Positions 41,730 to 54,849 of a stretch of DNA of 64,000 nucleotides are shown here, piece after piece. Where the stretch lies: contig NC_043015.1 of the NCBI RefSeq assembly GCF_006345805.1, forward strand, positions 22,506,001-22,570,000, given 5' to 3'. Position numbers and translations under genes: made by a program. Under the pieces are notes generated by a model. That model was not told where the DNA came from. It searched no databases and worked only from the letters and a program-made list of their open reading frames with translations. Origin of the DNA: Octopus sinensis (taxonomy: Eukaryota). How positions within the stretch are numbered: position 1 is the stretch's first letter; every line of letters begins with the position of its first letter.

Positions 41730-42357
41730 TTCATTTTGTTGTTGACATACACAGGTTGGGCTACTGCCGTTCTTTAATATGTTGACCTGGTAGTTCCTTG
41801 ATCATTTTTTGCAAAGAGCTTTAAATCATCCATGTAAATGAGATGATTTATATTTTTATCAAACATTTTATATCCGTACTGTGCGTCATTGTGCAATTTT
41901 GAGAGAGGTATTAAGGCTAAACAAAAGAGGAGTGGTGATAGTGAGTCACCCTGGAAAATGCCACATGAAATTTTTACATCACCAGCATTTAGAGATTCAT
42001 CGTCACTCTTCAAAGTTAGTGTAGTTCTCCATAATCTCATACTTACAGACAAAACGTTTCGCAGAGCAGGCGCTATCTTATACATTTCCAGGCATTTCTT
42101 AATCCAGCTATGTGGTAGGCTATCAAAAGCCTTTTTATAGTCTATCTAGGCTATTGATAAATTTTGTGTCGTTTGTGACAATCTTCTAAGATCATCTTAT
42201 AGATGAATAGTTGATCTTTACAACCATAGGATCTACTTTTACATCCTTTCTGTTCATTAGGGAATATGCTGCTTTCTATTAAAAAAACTGTAGGTATATT
42301 CCGTCGGACAGATGTTTGCGTTTTATACATAGTTGTTAAGCAGGTTATGGGACTATA

Positions 42358-43608
42358 CGAGGGACGTTCAATAAGTAATGCCTCTGACCCACTTGCAGTT
42401 GTTGGATTGCATGTGCAATCATTTATATCTCTATAGAGTAAGTTGCAAATTACAGCTCTGAATTAATTATGGTTTCTGATTTACAGGTGTTTGAACCGAG
42501 TCAAGTGTGAAATGGAGCCTGTTCAGTGTCGAGCAGTGATCCGGTTTTTGTATTTGAAAGGACGCACACCACGGGAGACTTTTGATGAAATGAAAGTAAT
42601 TTATGGTGTTGATGCCCCATCATATGACCTTGTAAAACGCTGGCATCGTGAATTCAAACATGGTCGGAACTCTGTGGAAACAGCTCCCAGATCTGGTCGC
42701 CCCTTCTGCCATTGATGAGGCATCTCACCATCAAGTTGAGGCTGCCATTTTGGAAGATCGACGCATAATTATTCGCCAAATAGCCCATGAGGTCAAGATT
42801 AGTACCGGGTCTGTGGAAACTATCATTCATGACCATTTGCATATGCAAAAGGTGTCTGCCAGATGGATTCCCAGGTTGCTCACGCCTTTCCAGAAGCAAG
42901 AACGCGTCGAGTGCTCGAGGGTGAATTTGGAGATGTGCCAAGAAGATGAGTCAAGATTTTTCAAAAGACTGATTACACAGGATGAAACCTGGGTCCATCA
43001 CGATGATCCAGAGACCAAAGCCCAGTCAATGCAGTGGAAGCACCGTGACTCACCCTTTCCAAAGAAGGCAAGGGTGCAGCCCTCCGCTGGCAAGGTCATG
43101 CTCACAGTCTTCTGGGACCAGGACGGAGTAGTGATGACAGATTTCCTGGCAAAGGGTACCACAATTGCAGGAGCCTTTTATGCTTCACTTTTGAGGAAAT
43201 TAAGAAAAGTCATCAAAATCAAGAGGCGGGGCAAGATCAGCAAAGGCATCCTCCTCCTGCAGGACAACGCTCCGGTCCACAACTCGCTTGTCGCCAGATC
43301 AGAAACACAGGCGTATGGCTATGAACTCCTCCCCCATTCCCCTACATTCCTGACCTTGCACCCTCTGATTTTCACCTCTTCCCAGTCATGAAGTTGTTTT
43401 TGAAAGGAAAGCGTTTCCCAGATGATGCAGCCTTGATTTCTGAAGTCACGTTCAGGTTGGAGGACCAAGCTGGGGTCTTCTAAAAAATCGGTCTCCAGAG
43501 CTGCATCAAACAATGGGAGAAATGCGTAACTCTGGGTGGTTCCTATGTAGAAAAAGACTAATAACTGTGCCAAGTGGGTCAGAGGCATTACTTATTGAAC
43601 ACCCCTCG
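42358..43608 (+). mobile_element. Full-length mariner (DD34D) transposon with TA TSDs
   Basis: 38-bp TIRs matching 36/38 (CGAGGGACGTTCAATAAGTAATGCCTCTGACCCACTTG). TA at 42356-57 and 43609-10. Length 1251 bp. Confidence 0.96.
42512..43561 (+). pseudogene. Mariner transposase with frameshifts and an in-frame stop
   Basis: MEPVQCRAVIRFLYLKG..., WIPRLL, TQDETW, LQDNAP, PDLAPSDF. Frameshifts near 42705 and 43345; TAA near 43481. Confidence 0.9.
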
Positions 43609-43682
43609 TAGTTTTTGGATGATTTGTTTCTTTTCTTTTTGGAAGCAGGAATGTTAAAACATTATTATTATTATTATTATTC

Positions 43683-44332
43683 AGTAGTTTTATTTTTATA
43701 GCGTGCTTTCACTTCACTACCGAGCGCAGCTCTGTGTGCCTTGGGTATGTCCTGTGATTTGTTGTGATGCTCTGATGGTTATTGTATGGAAAGTGTTCTG
43801 CGTAGGATGTGTGCAGTGCCTAGTAGTGCAATTTTCTGTATGTTATATGTGTTTGTAAGTCCTGGTGTTTTTGTTATGTATTTGTCTGAATATTTTTTTA
43901 TCATGCCTAATGCACCTACTATGATAGGAATTGTTTCTGTTTTCAGGTTCCACATTCTAGTTACCTCTATTTCCAGGTCTTTGTATTTTGAGAGTTTCTC
44001 CATTTCTTTTAGAGACACGTTGTCATCTGCCGGTATTGATACATCAATTAGAAAGCATATTTTTCTTCATGATCTCTGACAACTATATCTGGTCTGTTGG
44101 CCTTAATTTCTCTATCTGTGTGTATCGGCATATCCCAGAGTATGGTTGCTTTCTCATTTTCTGTGAACTTTTCTGGTGTGTGCCTATACCATCTTTTTTC
44201 TGTTGTTATTCCATAATGTTGGCATAGCTTCCAATGTATGTAGGTCCAAACTCTGTCATGTCTGTGAATATATTCCTTCTTAGCCAGAACTGGGCAGCTA
44301 GAGATAATATGATTTATTGTTTCTTGTCCATC
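43683..44332 (-). mobile_element. Second R4/Dong-type LINE 3' fragment (different subfamily)
   Basis: NRPDIVV..H...CFLIDVS..., KLSKYKDLEIEVTRMWNLKTETIPIIVGALG...LGTAHILRRTLSIQ*. It has its own 3' UTR and (AAT)n tail and abuts (ATT)n at 44332-44500. Confidence 0.9.
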
Positions 44333-44353
44333 TTATTATCATTATTATTATTA

Positions 44354-44423
<70 letters not shown>

Positions 44424-44466
44424 CATTATTATTATTATATTATATTATTATTATTTATTATTATTA

Positions 44467-44499
<33 letters not shown>

Positions 44500-44522
44500 T
44501 AGTAATATCTTTATATATATAT

Positions 44523-44578
<56 letters not shown>

Positions 44579-44756
44579 GTAGGTAGTTAGGCTGTGTCGT
44601 CTCCATGCATAGCACCTAATCGCAGCATTCCAAATACGAATGTAGATCTTATATTACTGTGCATAAGATTTTAAAATATTGGGAGATATTTTCTGCAGAG
44701 TAAGGATAATCAAAGCAGGGGATTCGCTGTCTCAAAAATGTCTGCTACGAGATATC

Positions 44757-45152
44757 TCTTTTACTCTTTTACTTGTTTCAGTCATTCGACTGCGGCCATG
44801 CTGGAGCACCTCCTTTAGTCGAGCAATTCGACCCCGGGGCTTATTCTTTGTAAGCCCAGTACTTATTCTATCGGTCTCTTTTGCCGACGGGGACGTAAAC
44901 ACACCATCATCGGTTGTCAAGCAATGCTAGGGGGACAAACACACACACAAACACACATATACATACACACATATATATATATACATATATACGACAGGCT
45001 TCTTTCAGTTTCCCTCTACCAAATCCAGTAACAAGGCATTGGTCGGCCCGGGGCTATAGCAGAAGACACTTGCCCAAGATGCCCCGCAGTGGGACTGAAC
45101 CCGGAACCATGCAGTTGGTTAGCAAGCTACTTACCACACAGCCACTCCTGCA
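44757..45152 (-). mobile_element. tRNA-derived SINE (full length, family of 60113-60510)
   Basis: Reverse complement of the 60113 copy: AGGAGTGGCTGTGTGGTAAGTAGC...GGGTTCAGTCCC head and CR1-like tail. Confidence 0.92.
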
Positions 45153-46968
45153 CCTGTAATATATCACATGTTTTCTACACTATGTAAATGTGAAACACTT
45201 ATTAACAATGAAACACGTGTAAATTTGAATAAATACTGCCGTACAATTTCTCAGTCTCCTTTTGAGAGAAAAACACGCACACACACACACACATAGAAAT
45301 AATTTTTTTTATTCTTGGGGATGGTCATACACGCCGAGTAATTGTGTCTCTCATTAAAGTATATATCTCGTTATCGCTCTGTCTCTCTCATGACACACAC
45401 GCTTGTATATATTAAATTTATATCTTTATGCGTGCATGTATACATATGTGTATAGGTATTACATTCAGAACGAAATATCTCTTCTCAAAATCGCATAGAG
45501 CAACGTTATCATTATCAATGAAAAATGTAGGAATCCATTGATAATGCAACGTAAGTTATTTTAAAAAGAAACATATGTACATGTATAAATTTAGGTGTAA
45601 TATACAGCTGTGCTATCATTGTGATCATGCGTATATAAATATAACACATTCGTACATACACTTATGCATAGATACACATACACAGACACAAGTATTTCAC
45701 AACTAGTTTGAGTGTATGTCTGTCGCATTCTTTTGTTAAAGAAGTTTTAGTTTGTATGGATTTACAAAGTAAAATTTCTTTGTTTCGGTTTGAAAGAAAT
45801 ATACGCAATGAATAAGTTATTTGAATATGAGTAGTTAAAGAGATTAGTAAATGTAATTTCAAGATTTATAGAAATTTGATATGAATTCAGCTGAATCTTT
45901 AATTAATGCAAAACAAGCAACATGAAAATTAATTCGCTCAAACATGGAGGCAGGGATTCAAACACAATCTCTCACACGAATATTTATAGAACATAAGAAT
46001 TAAGATACGTTAGATATACACTCACAAATACAGAATTAAATATCTATGTATTATAATTGAAAACCTTTTTTATTAAAAAGTTTTCTACAGCAGATATAAC
46101 AATGACCAACATATGTTTCTACCGCAGCAACTGCACATTGCTCTGTATGCAATTATGCATCCTTGTCGCTGCAATTTGATCAAGGGTCCATCAGTTACGA
46201 CATTTTCAAAGTGAACTAATTCAAACAAGATTTTTGCCTTTTTAAATCGATTTCAATCCTGGTTTTATAATGTCTATTTACACCTAATTGTAACAGTTTT
46301 GTTTACATTTTGCACTATGGAGTATATTATTTATTCAGAGGTATTTCACTTATTTTAGTATTATACCGTCAATCAATATTATTGTCATTATAATCATAAT
46401 GATATTTATTAATATGATTTAATAAATATCATTAATTATCACAATCATTGTTATAACTAGTATAATTACTAAAGATGGCAAGTTATTTTTATTTAAATCA
46501 ATTAAGCGTATATTTAATACTGTGTGGATATAACGTGAGAGTGATAAAAATTGCCTACTAACTAGACAGCGTTTTATAGACATATATATACAAATATATA
46601 TATGAATTTGTACATAAATATACATACAGATATATATATATATATACATATATATGTATGTGTGTGTGAGAGTGTATATATATATATATATATAAAAATT
46701 TTGCAATTAAGGACAACTACTTAATAAGGAAAACTTAACAAGAAATTGTCAGGTAGATAGCGTAAAAACCTCATAAGAGAAAAAATTTCGAAAATAATTA
46801 TTTCTTATTGAACATATTAATTTATATATAGAGGGCATAATTATACATACATGCCAGGAGGCGTTATATATACTTGCCAAACGCTAAGAGGGACAATCAG
46901 TCATTTCTACCAAAAATATTACTAATCCCACCGAATGCAACTTTTCAAAGTAAGACATTTAAAAATAT

Positions 46969-47016
46969 AGGCCTGTATCACAGTGATTTCATACTTACGT
47001 AATCATCAGCAGGCCT
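46969..47016 (-). ncRNA. Type I hammerhead ribozyme, 48 nt (unit 1)
   Basis: AGGCCUG-CUGAUGA-U-UAC-GUAA-GUA-U-GAAA-UCACUGUGA-UA-CAGGCCU. Perfect 7-bp stem I, intact core, GNRA-capped stem II, AUA triplet. Confidence 0.82.
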
Positions 47017-47446
47017 GAATGTATTATAAATAAACAACGACCCTGCCTCGCTTAAGCCGAACAGCTAACTGATCAACATCAACGAAGCACATGGGTGAGT
47101 TTATATATTACATCCGGGTGAATGGCAAACTTTTACAAAATTGCATTTCGGGAGAGGAAAAGTTTTTTCGGAATAAAAATTTTGCAATTAAGGACAACTA
47201 CTTAATAAGGAAAACTTAACAAGAAATTGTCAGGTAGATAGCGTAAAAACCTCATAAGAGAAAAAATTTCGAAAATAATTATTTCTTATTGAACATATTA
47301 ATTTATATATAGAGGGCATAATTATACATACATGCCAGGAGGCGTTATATATACTTGCCAAACGCTAAGAGGGACAATCAGTCATTTCTACCAAAAATAT
47401 TACTAATCCCACCGAATGCAACTTTTCAAAGTAGACATTTAAAAAT

Positions 47447-47494
47447 AGGCCTGTATCACAGTGATTTCATACTTACGTAATCATCAGCAGGCCT
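47447..47494 (-). ncRNA. Type I hammerhead ribozyme, 48 nt (unit 2)
   Basis: Identical to 46969-47016. Confidence 0.82.
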
Positions 47495-47929
47495 GAATGT
47501 ATTATAAATAAACAACGACCCTGCCTCGCTTAAGCCGAACAGCTAACTGATCAACATCAACGAAGCACATGGGTGAGTTTATATATATTACATCCGGGTG
47601 AATGGCAAACTTTTACAAAATTGCATTTCGGGAGAGGAAAAGTTTTTTCGGAATAAAAATTTTGCAATTAAGGACAACTACTTAATAAGGAAAACTTAAC
47701 AAGAAATTGTCAGGTAGATAGCGTAAAAACCTCATAAGAGAAAAAATTTCGAAAATAATTATTTCTTATTGAACATATTAATTTATATATAGAGGGCATA
47801 ATTATACATACATGCCAGGAGGGGTTATATATACTTGCCAAACGCTAAGAGGGACAATCAGTCATTTCTACCAAAAATATTACTAATCCCACCGAATGCA
47901 ACTTTTCAAAGTAAGACATTTAAAAATGA

Positions 47930-48960
47930 TTTTTAAAAGTCGCTTGATCCTTCGTCTACAAAATTCGCAATGTGTTACAGGCTAAAGACGGAAATGTATC
48001 GCCAGTATCAAAACGTATGAAGCATTCTATACGTTCTGATACTATTAAAACACCATAATTTATTCAACAAGTAAAGCAGACCATTGATGACAATCTCAGA
48101 AGATCCATGTGGTTGATTGCAAAAGAACACCGTCAGTCAGATGGAACAATCCGAAATGTTATCCACAAAATCATCAGATACGATTCTTATGCGATGAGAA
48201 AAGGTAATTTCATGCCAGGAACAGAGAAAGAAAATCGCTTAATCAGATCTCAAGGACTCGTAAGCAAACTTAAAAACCCAGCTGAGAACATCTCATTTGG
48301 TTCTTCTCAGTCAAGAATTACTTTGATCAAGATCAGAAAGTAACCAAAAGAAATGAGAGATGTCTATGTACAGAACCTTCGGATGTTCCAAGAGCAATGC
48401 ATACAAAATTCCCAACAGCTGTCATGATTTTGCGGGGTTATCAGCAATGATGGACATGTGATGCCTCCTCACTTCTTTCCACAAAGTCTTCGAGTAATCT
48501 CTGCTGCCTACACTAATGTTCTGAAGACAGTGGTTAAGTCATGGATCAATAATGTATGCAACGGAAGACCTTATGTGTTTCAACAAGACTCGGCACCATC
48601 ACACAAGGCTGCAGCAACTCAGCAACTGATCAAATAACCCGCCACATTTGGCCTCCAAGCTCCCCAGATCTCAATCCATTGGACTACTATGTATGGAGTG
48701 TACTTGAGAGAGAAGTTAATGAGCACCCTCATAATATGAAAGAATCCCTAAAAGCCTCCATAGTCAGAGAAGAGACCAATATGAACACAGACCACTTGAT
48801 CCTAGCATTTAGGCAATTCAGACCTTGCATAGAAGCTGTTGTTGTAATTGAAGGATATTTATTGAATAAAATGACGAAACAATAGGTTTATTCTTATCCT
48901 CAAAAATTTTCTGATGGGGCCTCATAGCCATTCCATAATTATACAGTAGTTTTAAAGAAA
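47930..48960 (+). mobile_element. maT/DD37D-like transposon, degenerate
   Basis: RSMWLIAKE...IRYDSYAMRKG, PYVFQQDSAPSHKA, WPPSSPDLNPLDYYVWSVLERE. Confidence 0.82.
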
Positions 48961-49499
48961 CTTCTTTCAAAATTCCTATTTTGTTTTCCATACATTAAAG
49001 GGTGTAGGTTGAGCTATGTAAACATTAGAGAAAGAAGCCTAGCTCTTTCGTGCAATATGTACTAGTACATACATCTGAAGTAATACATTGTCAGGGTCTC
49101 TTAAACTATTGTTCTAGATCTCTCATACGCTATTGTGTTGCGTGAACCCCAAAAACTTTATATGGACCCTGGTCCGGGACCGCTGATGTTGTATGTAGAT
49201 ATACAGAATCCCGTTTCGAAGATACACACATACACACACACACAACATATACATACGCAGCTGATATACACAGGTGACACATACACCCGCATATTCTCGA
49301 GCGCATAACCGATAAGCACCCACACACTTTGTTATATGTACCAAGTGCAAGAACGAGCTGATAGCCCCCGCACGACAGCACACGCACATGGTCACTCTCC
49401 CATCATAGACACACGCATTTGCATCAGCCAACTACATGTATGCAGTCATACAGCCGGTAACCCCCACCCACACACACACAGACACACACATCTTCCTCC

Positions 49500-49770
49500 C
49501 TTGCCGGTCATGGATCAGATATACCGCAACTGTTCTCAAAGACCGGTCGGACAGCGAGAAGCCCGCGGTTCAAGTAATTCTCTTTAATGCAACTGGTGTC
49601 ACTGGAATTTCGATTTCACATCGAATAACACCATGTGACCCGCCTAGCCCAGTTGCAGCCCTCTTTCCGATAGCCGTATTGGATTTCTACAACGCTTCAT
49701 TTGGCTGGGTTTCTGTGCGAAGCCTCAGAAACCTTAAATTCAGTGCCTCTTTTGTTCCGTTCCTCCACTC
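49500..49770 (-). mobile_element. Possible LINE apurinic-endonuclease remnant (L1/Tx1-like)
   Basis: Interrupted frame [13 protein letters not shown]...GGSHGV...SLRTVAVY resembles APE motifs. Confidence 0.3.
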
Positions 49771-49817
49771 GTCCTTATATATATTCATATATATATATAT
49801 ATATATATACACATACA

Positions 49818-49899
<82 letters not shown>

Positions 49900-49914
49900 A
49901 TATATATTTTTTAA

Positions 49915-50055
49915 TTCTTTTGTTTGTTTCAGTCATTTGACAGCGGCCATAATAGAGCACCACCTTTTGTCGAAAAATTGAACCCAGGATTTATTCTTTG
50001 TGAACGTAGTTCCCTTTTGCTGAATCGCTAAGCAAACTCTTTACCACACAGCCAC
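49915..50055 (-). mobile_element. Internally deleted SINE (family of 60113)
   Basis: Tail TTTCAGTCATTTGACAGCGGCC...TTATTCTTTG joined to a head fragment ACCACACAGCCAC. Confidence 0.7.
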
Positions 50056-50102
50056 ACATAGATAGGTATACATATATACACACATACATTCATACACATA
50101 TG

Positions 50103-50150
<48 letters not shown>

Positions 50151-51086
50151 CACTATGAACATAACACTCTCACGCACACATAATCACATACACACTCACA
50201 CTCACATACACATACATTTTAAGTTTGCACAATAAAATCTGACATTGTTAAATATCATATATACAAACCGAAGCGGAATTTTTAAAAAATGTTTTCAACT
50301 GAAACCTCTTTCAAATTTTGCATTCTTTAAAAGCGATAAACATAGGCGCATTAATGGATTCCACAGAATATAATGTTGTATAACCAGAGAAGCCAGCACC
50401 ATTTACAATTACTATTCTTCATGTTTCACAATCCCCAAATTAAGTAGATGGCACCTTCCAAAATGATGAATAGCTTTAATAGTTACTTTATTTTATACAA
50501 GCTATGGATTTCGAAAGCCAACAAAGTACAATAAACATAATATTTTGTACAACTCCATTTCATTTATTCTCAACAGCCCCAAAGTATTCTATATGGTATT
50601 GCATAATCACACACCAGCACCGAAAATAATTGCATTAATAAATTTCTAAAGAAAGCGCTTGTGATATAATCATAAATCATAATTCTCAAACCAAATGCAA
50701 ATAACGCAATTAAATAAGGACAAACATAGAATATACCAACCATTAGATTTCTTTTGAAAGCTTTTCGGTTAAGACATTTTTACATTTGGATGAGTAATGA
50801 CAGAGCTTAATTTCAAATTTTATATCTTATATAAATATGTATCACAACTACCCGAACGACCTTCACATTTCTTTATCTTATTTCAATCCTCAATTTTAAC
50901 TCCACATCCTCCTCTATCTCTTTTTTCTCTTTCCTCTAACTCTCCTCTTTTATATATGGATGATATACATATTCATCTCACCATCTCACTTTTTTTCTCT
51001 CTCTCTCTCTCTCTCTTTATACATACACATATATATATATATATGTATATATCGTGTGTGTATAGATATGTACGTATATATATTAC

Positions 51087-51132
<46 letters not shown>

Positions 51133-51725
51133 CTTACATAAATACCCCTCCACACACGCATAAACACACACGGACACATACACGAGTGTTATTTGACAAT
51201 CCCGCCTTTGAAGAGATTATCATGACATATCATCGTTAATATACTTCGGAACATAACGTTAGAATGAAGCAAACAGCAGAGGGTAAAATCGTATAAAATG
51301 TTACCCAAACGAATATGCATTATATTTTATCACTGATCCCAAAGTAATCATTGCATTACTAAAGAACAGTAATTATTTCTTTTTACATCATTAGTATGTT
51401 ACTCTGCTACGGTTTATGAAGAGTTCAAAATAAGATATAACTATCTGTAGTTACATTTGAAAGATGTCTCACCATTTCGAAGTTATCACCATATCGAAAA
51501 TATATAATATAATATAATATAATATATAATATAATTTATAATATATAATATTTTCGCAGTTGTGGCTTAGAATTACTTGATCACCTATAGAGTACATATT
51601 TCTATACTTACATAGGTACGCACATTTGCACAAAATGAAGTGCTTTCTAGAAACTATTAGAGAAATCACGAAAGCGAGCAATAAGTTAAAGTAAATTTCT
51701 ATCCCTCGAATATGGACACATCCAT

Positions 51726-51781
<56 letters not shown>

Positions 51782-52412
51782 ACACACACACATAGATGTA
51801 TCGATATTGGGTCATTTGATAAAGGAGATATAGAAGAGAGAGGGAGGGTTAAGGTTGGTGGAAATTAGTTTTACTTTCTTACACATACACAGACTTACAC
51901 ACTCGCATGCCCCCCCACACACACACCTCACACACATACATACACACACACACGGGTGCACAGAGACCACATACACACATACAACAAGTATGCACACGTA
52001 TCTTTAGGTCAATTGTTTTGGTTGTTGCTGAGGCATATAGAATTTCTGTTAATTAATTTGGAGATCTTACAGAGACCACGGGACATTCACCTGTTTTTTA
52101 ATACACGTGTTTTAACAAACACTAATGTGTATCGTATTTGTGTCACGATTTCATCAATTCTCCGTCGTATTTTCAAGTTGTGATTGTGGAAGTAACTGTT
52201 GTACAATGATAATACATTCGCCACGACGTGTTATAGTATTCAATTATTTTTTTTTTCTATGTTGAACTTAAAATTATACATTCAATAATAAAAATTTTGT
52301 ATAAATATTCGAGCTTCAGCGTGAAGAACCCTGCAATGATGGTCTTTGAGTTCAATGTGTGTATGTGTGTATGCACACACACACACACACACAGACACAG
52401 ACACAGACATAT

Positions 52413-52532
<120 letters not shown>

Positions 52533-52545
52533 CTATATACGCACA

Positions 52546-52760
52546 CGAGGGCTGCTGAAAAGTTACTGGCTTTGGTTAAAAGAAAATATAAGTGGATCAG
52601 TTAATCATGATTTTATTCAACATATTTTCATCTCAGATTCACACCCTTATTTCTGCGTTCCTTTAATGCTCCTAAGCGGCGTAAAAGAACCCGGAAGGTT
52701 GGGCCTCAAATGAGGCCTTTCGCGATACTCTTAAAGCCAAGAATTTTTCAGCACTCCACG
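52546..52760. mobile_element. Mariner-derived MITE (~215 bp)
   Basis: Imperfect TIRs CGAGGGCTGCTGAAAAGTTACTGGCTTT / AAAGCCAAGAATTTTTCAGCACTCCACG followed by TA. Confidence 0.65.
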
Positions 52761-54504
52761 TATATATTTCCGAGGAAGTCAAGACGAATAAGCAATTTGG
52801 ACGCTTTCTTTGAAAAATCTTATAATCAACCAATGAAAGGCCGAGCGTTAAAATCAGGCGTGGGTATTATGTTACTGCCATTAGATCTATTGGTTCCACG
52901 ATTCTGTGATATTATTCCTGTATATAGTTTTAGCCGGAAATATCAAGGAAGAGAAAACATTTACATTTATTTTCTTTATATCTCTCTTGTATCTTACATA
53001 GACAATAAAAACAATAACAGTTTACTGTTTGAGCTAGAGACTTGTGCAGAACGCTTTGTTGCATAGCTTGCTGCGAAAATTACTTCCCAAACACACATTT
53101 ACATGATATATATTACGCTGATGTACATACACAAATCGTTGTGTTACTAGCGAATACACAAAACGTCTTAGCTGCAGAATATCATCTTATAAATCTTCTG
53201 AAGGTAATTTCAAAATACGTCACCACACCAGAACATTAACAAGAAGACCAATTGCAATCCGATTGCTTCCTTTTATTTTTTCACTCGTCACAGGAAGCAG
53301 ATGAACGATATAGATGCTAGGTGCGTTTCGCGAAAACGGAATCTGATACAAACTGACAATGAAAACATTCTAGTGCTCAAAATTATTGTTTTGCGTGATT
53401 TTCTCCTCCGAAGAGTGATGAATTCTGGCCTTAATAAAGATGGGAATTTCACTGGATATCAGATTTTTACACCAACCGACAGTAAATGATATTGTAAAAT
53501 ATATTTTGTGCCGGCATATCTGTGTTTTTGTTTTATTTAATTTTCTTGAAATACCATTGGATCTATTGTATATTTAGTGTGATCGAAAATACACAGCAAC
53601 GCAGATATATCTTTAACTGTGAAATGCAATACTACATTTTACCGAAATCACAAATATTTCTCTTAAGTGCAAATAAGGCATAGGCTAGAGCGTACTGAAA
53701 ATAAATGTAAAGAAGAAAAGAAATGAAAAAATCTTACTGATCCGGTGACACTATCCGCGGCAGGTTCCAGCTTCATGCTTGGTAGAAATTAACAGCTTTA
53801 GCAACATGATAAACTATGAGAACCCAAAACAATCAATAAATGGTAGCTCGTCTGCAAAATATAGCGGACACATGATGCTCAACGTTCCATTCTGATGCTT
53901 ACACGTAAAGACCAAATTTTGCAAAATGTATTTTCAAAATTCACTATATTGTAAAAAGGCGAGTACGATGATAATTGAACTGATCAAACGATGGCCAGTG
54001 TTTCAAGAGTAGTCGCCTGCTTATGACATTGCTTCTATTTGTTTTATTCAGCCATGAAATACTTTTCACACTGCTTCGGAAAATATTTCATCAAAACGTA
54101 GCTGAACTGTTGGTTTCACAAATGAAAACTATTGCACAGAATAGAAGCATGTTACTCAATCATACATTTAAACAATGTTTGGCATTGATATCGTTTTGCA
54201 AAGAAATGTGTAAGTTCTTTGACTTCAGTAAGATTTATGGTTTTGTGTTATCAGTGTTATTTTCGAGTGAATAAAAGATCTACTGTCAACCAAAAACATA
54301 ACTATATTGTCAACGGCACGCATCTCAGCACTAACATTGTTAAAGATGCGGTACATTTCGATGATCTAAATATTTTATAACGAAATTTGTGAAGTGTAAT
54401 ATATTTATTACAGACTTTCAATGGGTGGATCACTGATTTCACACATTTGTAACGTTGAAAGCGTCAAATACACACACACACATTGATATGTATGTGTGTG
54501 TGTA

Positions 54505-54655
54505 TTTGACGGGCTTCTCCCAATTTCCGCTTTCGAATCCACCCACAAGCCTTTGGTCGGCTCGAGGCTATAGTGGAAAACATTTGTCAAAGGCGTCACA
54601 CAGTGGGCTTGAATCCGTTACCATGTCGTTGGGAAGCAATCTTCCTACCAGCCAT
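54505..54655 (-). mobile_element. SINE head fragment (family of 60113)
   Basis: GACGGGCTTC...CAAGCCTTTGGTCGGCTCGAGGCTATAG...CAGTGGG. Confidence 0.7.
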
Positions 54656-54849
54656 TCACAGCAAACATTTTCTCGATGAAATTCTATAAATTCAAGAACG
54701 GCAATTATTGTTTATATCAAGCGATTTGGGGGTATCTCTGACAGTGAGAAATAATTATGTCGAATCACCGAGAGATAATGATGTCAAAACATTGGTGCTT
54801 TAAAGTAACGAACACACATCTTCTAAAGAGTGAAGGTTGTCGTAAAAAA

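Larger units (their letters stand above)
40768..43660 (-). mobile_element. R4/Dong-type non-LTR retrotransposon (RT plus restriction-like endonuclease), 5'-truncated, internally deleted, interrupted by a SINE and a mariner
   Basis: TFLLPK...PKN|YRPITCL (split by the mariner), DYKKAFDSLPH, GIFQGDSLSPLLF, YMDDLKLF, then CVC...ET|VVSKCSLLAP..HLNRHD...NRPDII..D...CLLID...K..KY. Ends in an (AAT)n tail. Confidence 0.92.
46693..47927 (-). repeat. Tandem array of ~480-bp non-coding units (about 2.6 copies) carrying one HHR per full unit; retrozyme-like
   Basis: Units start at 46693, 47174 and 47654. Copies differ by a few 1-2 nt indels and one substitution. Confidence 0.93.
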
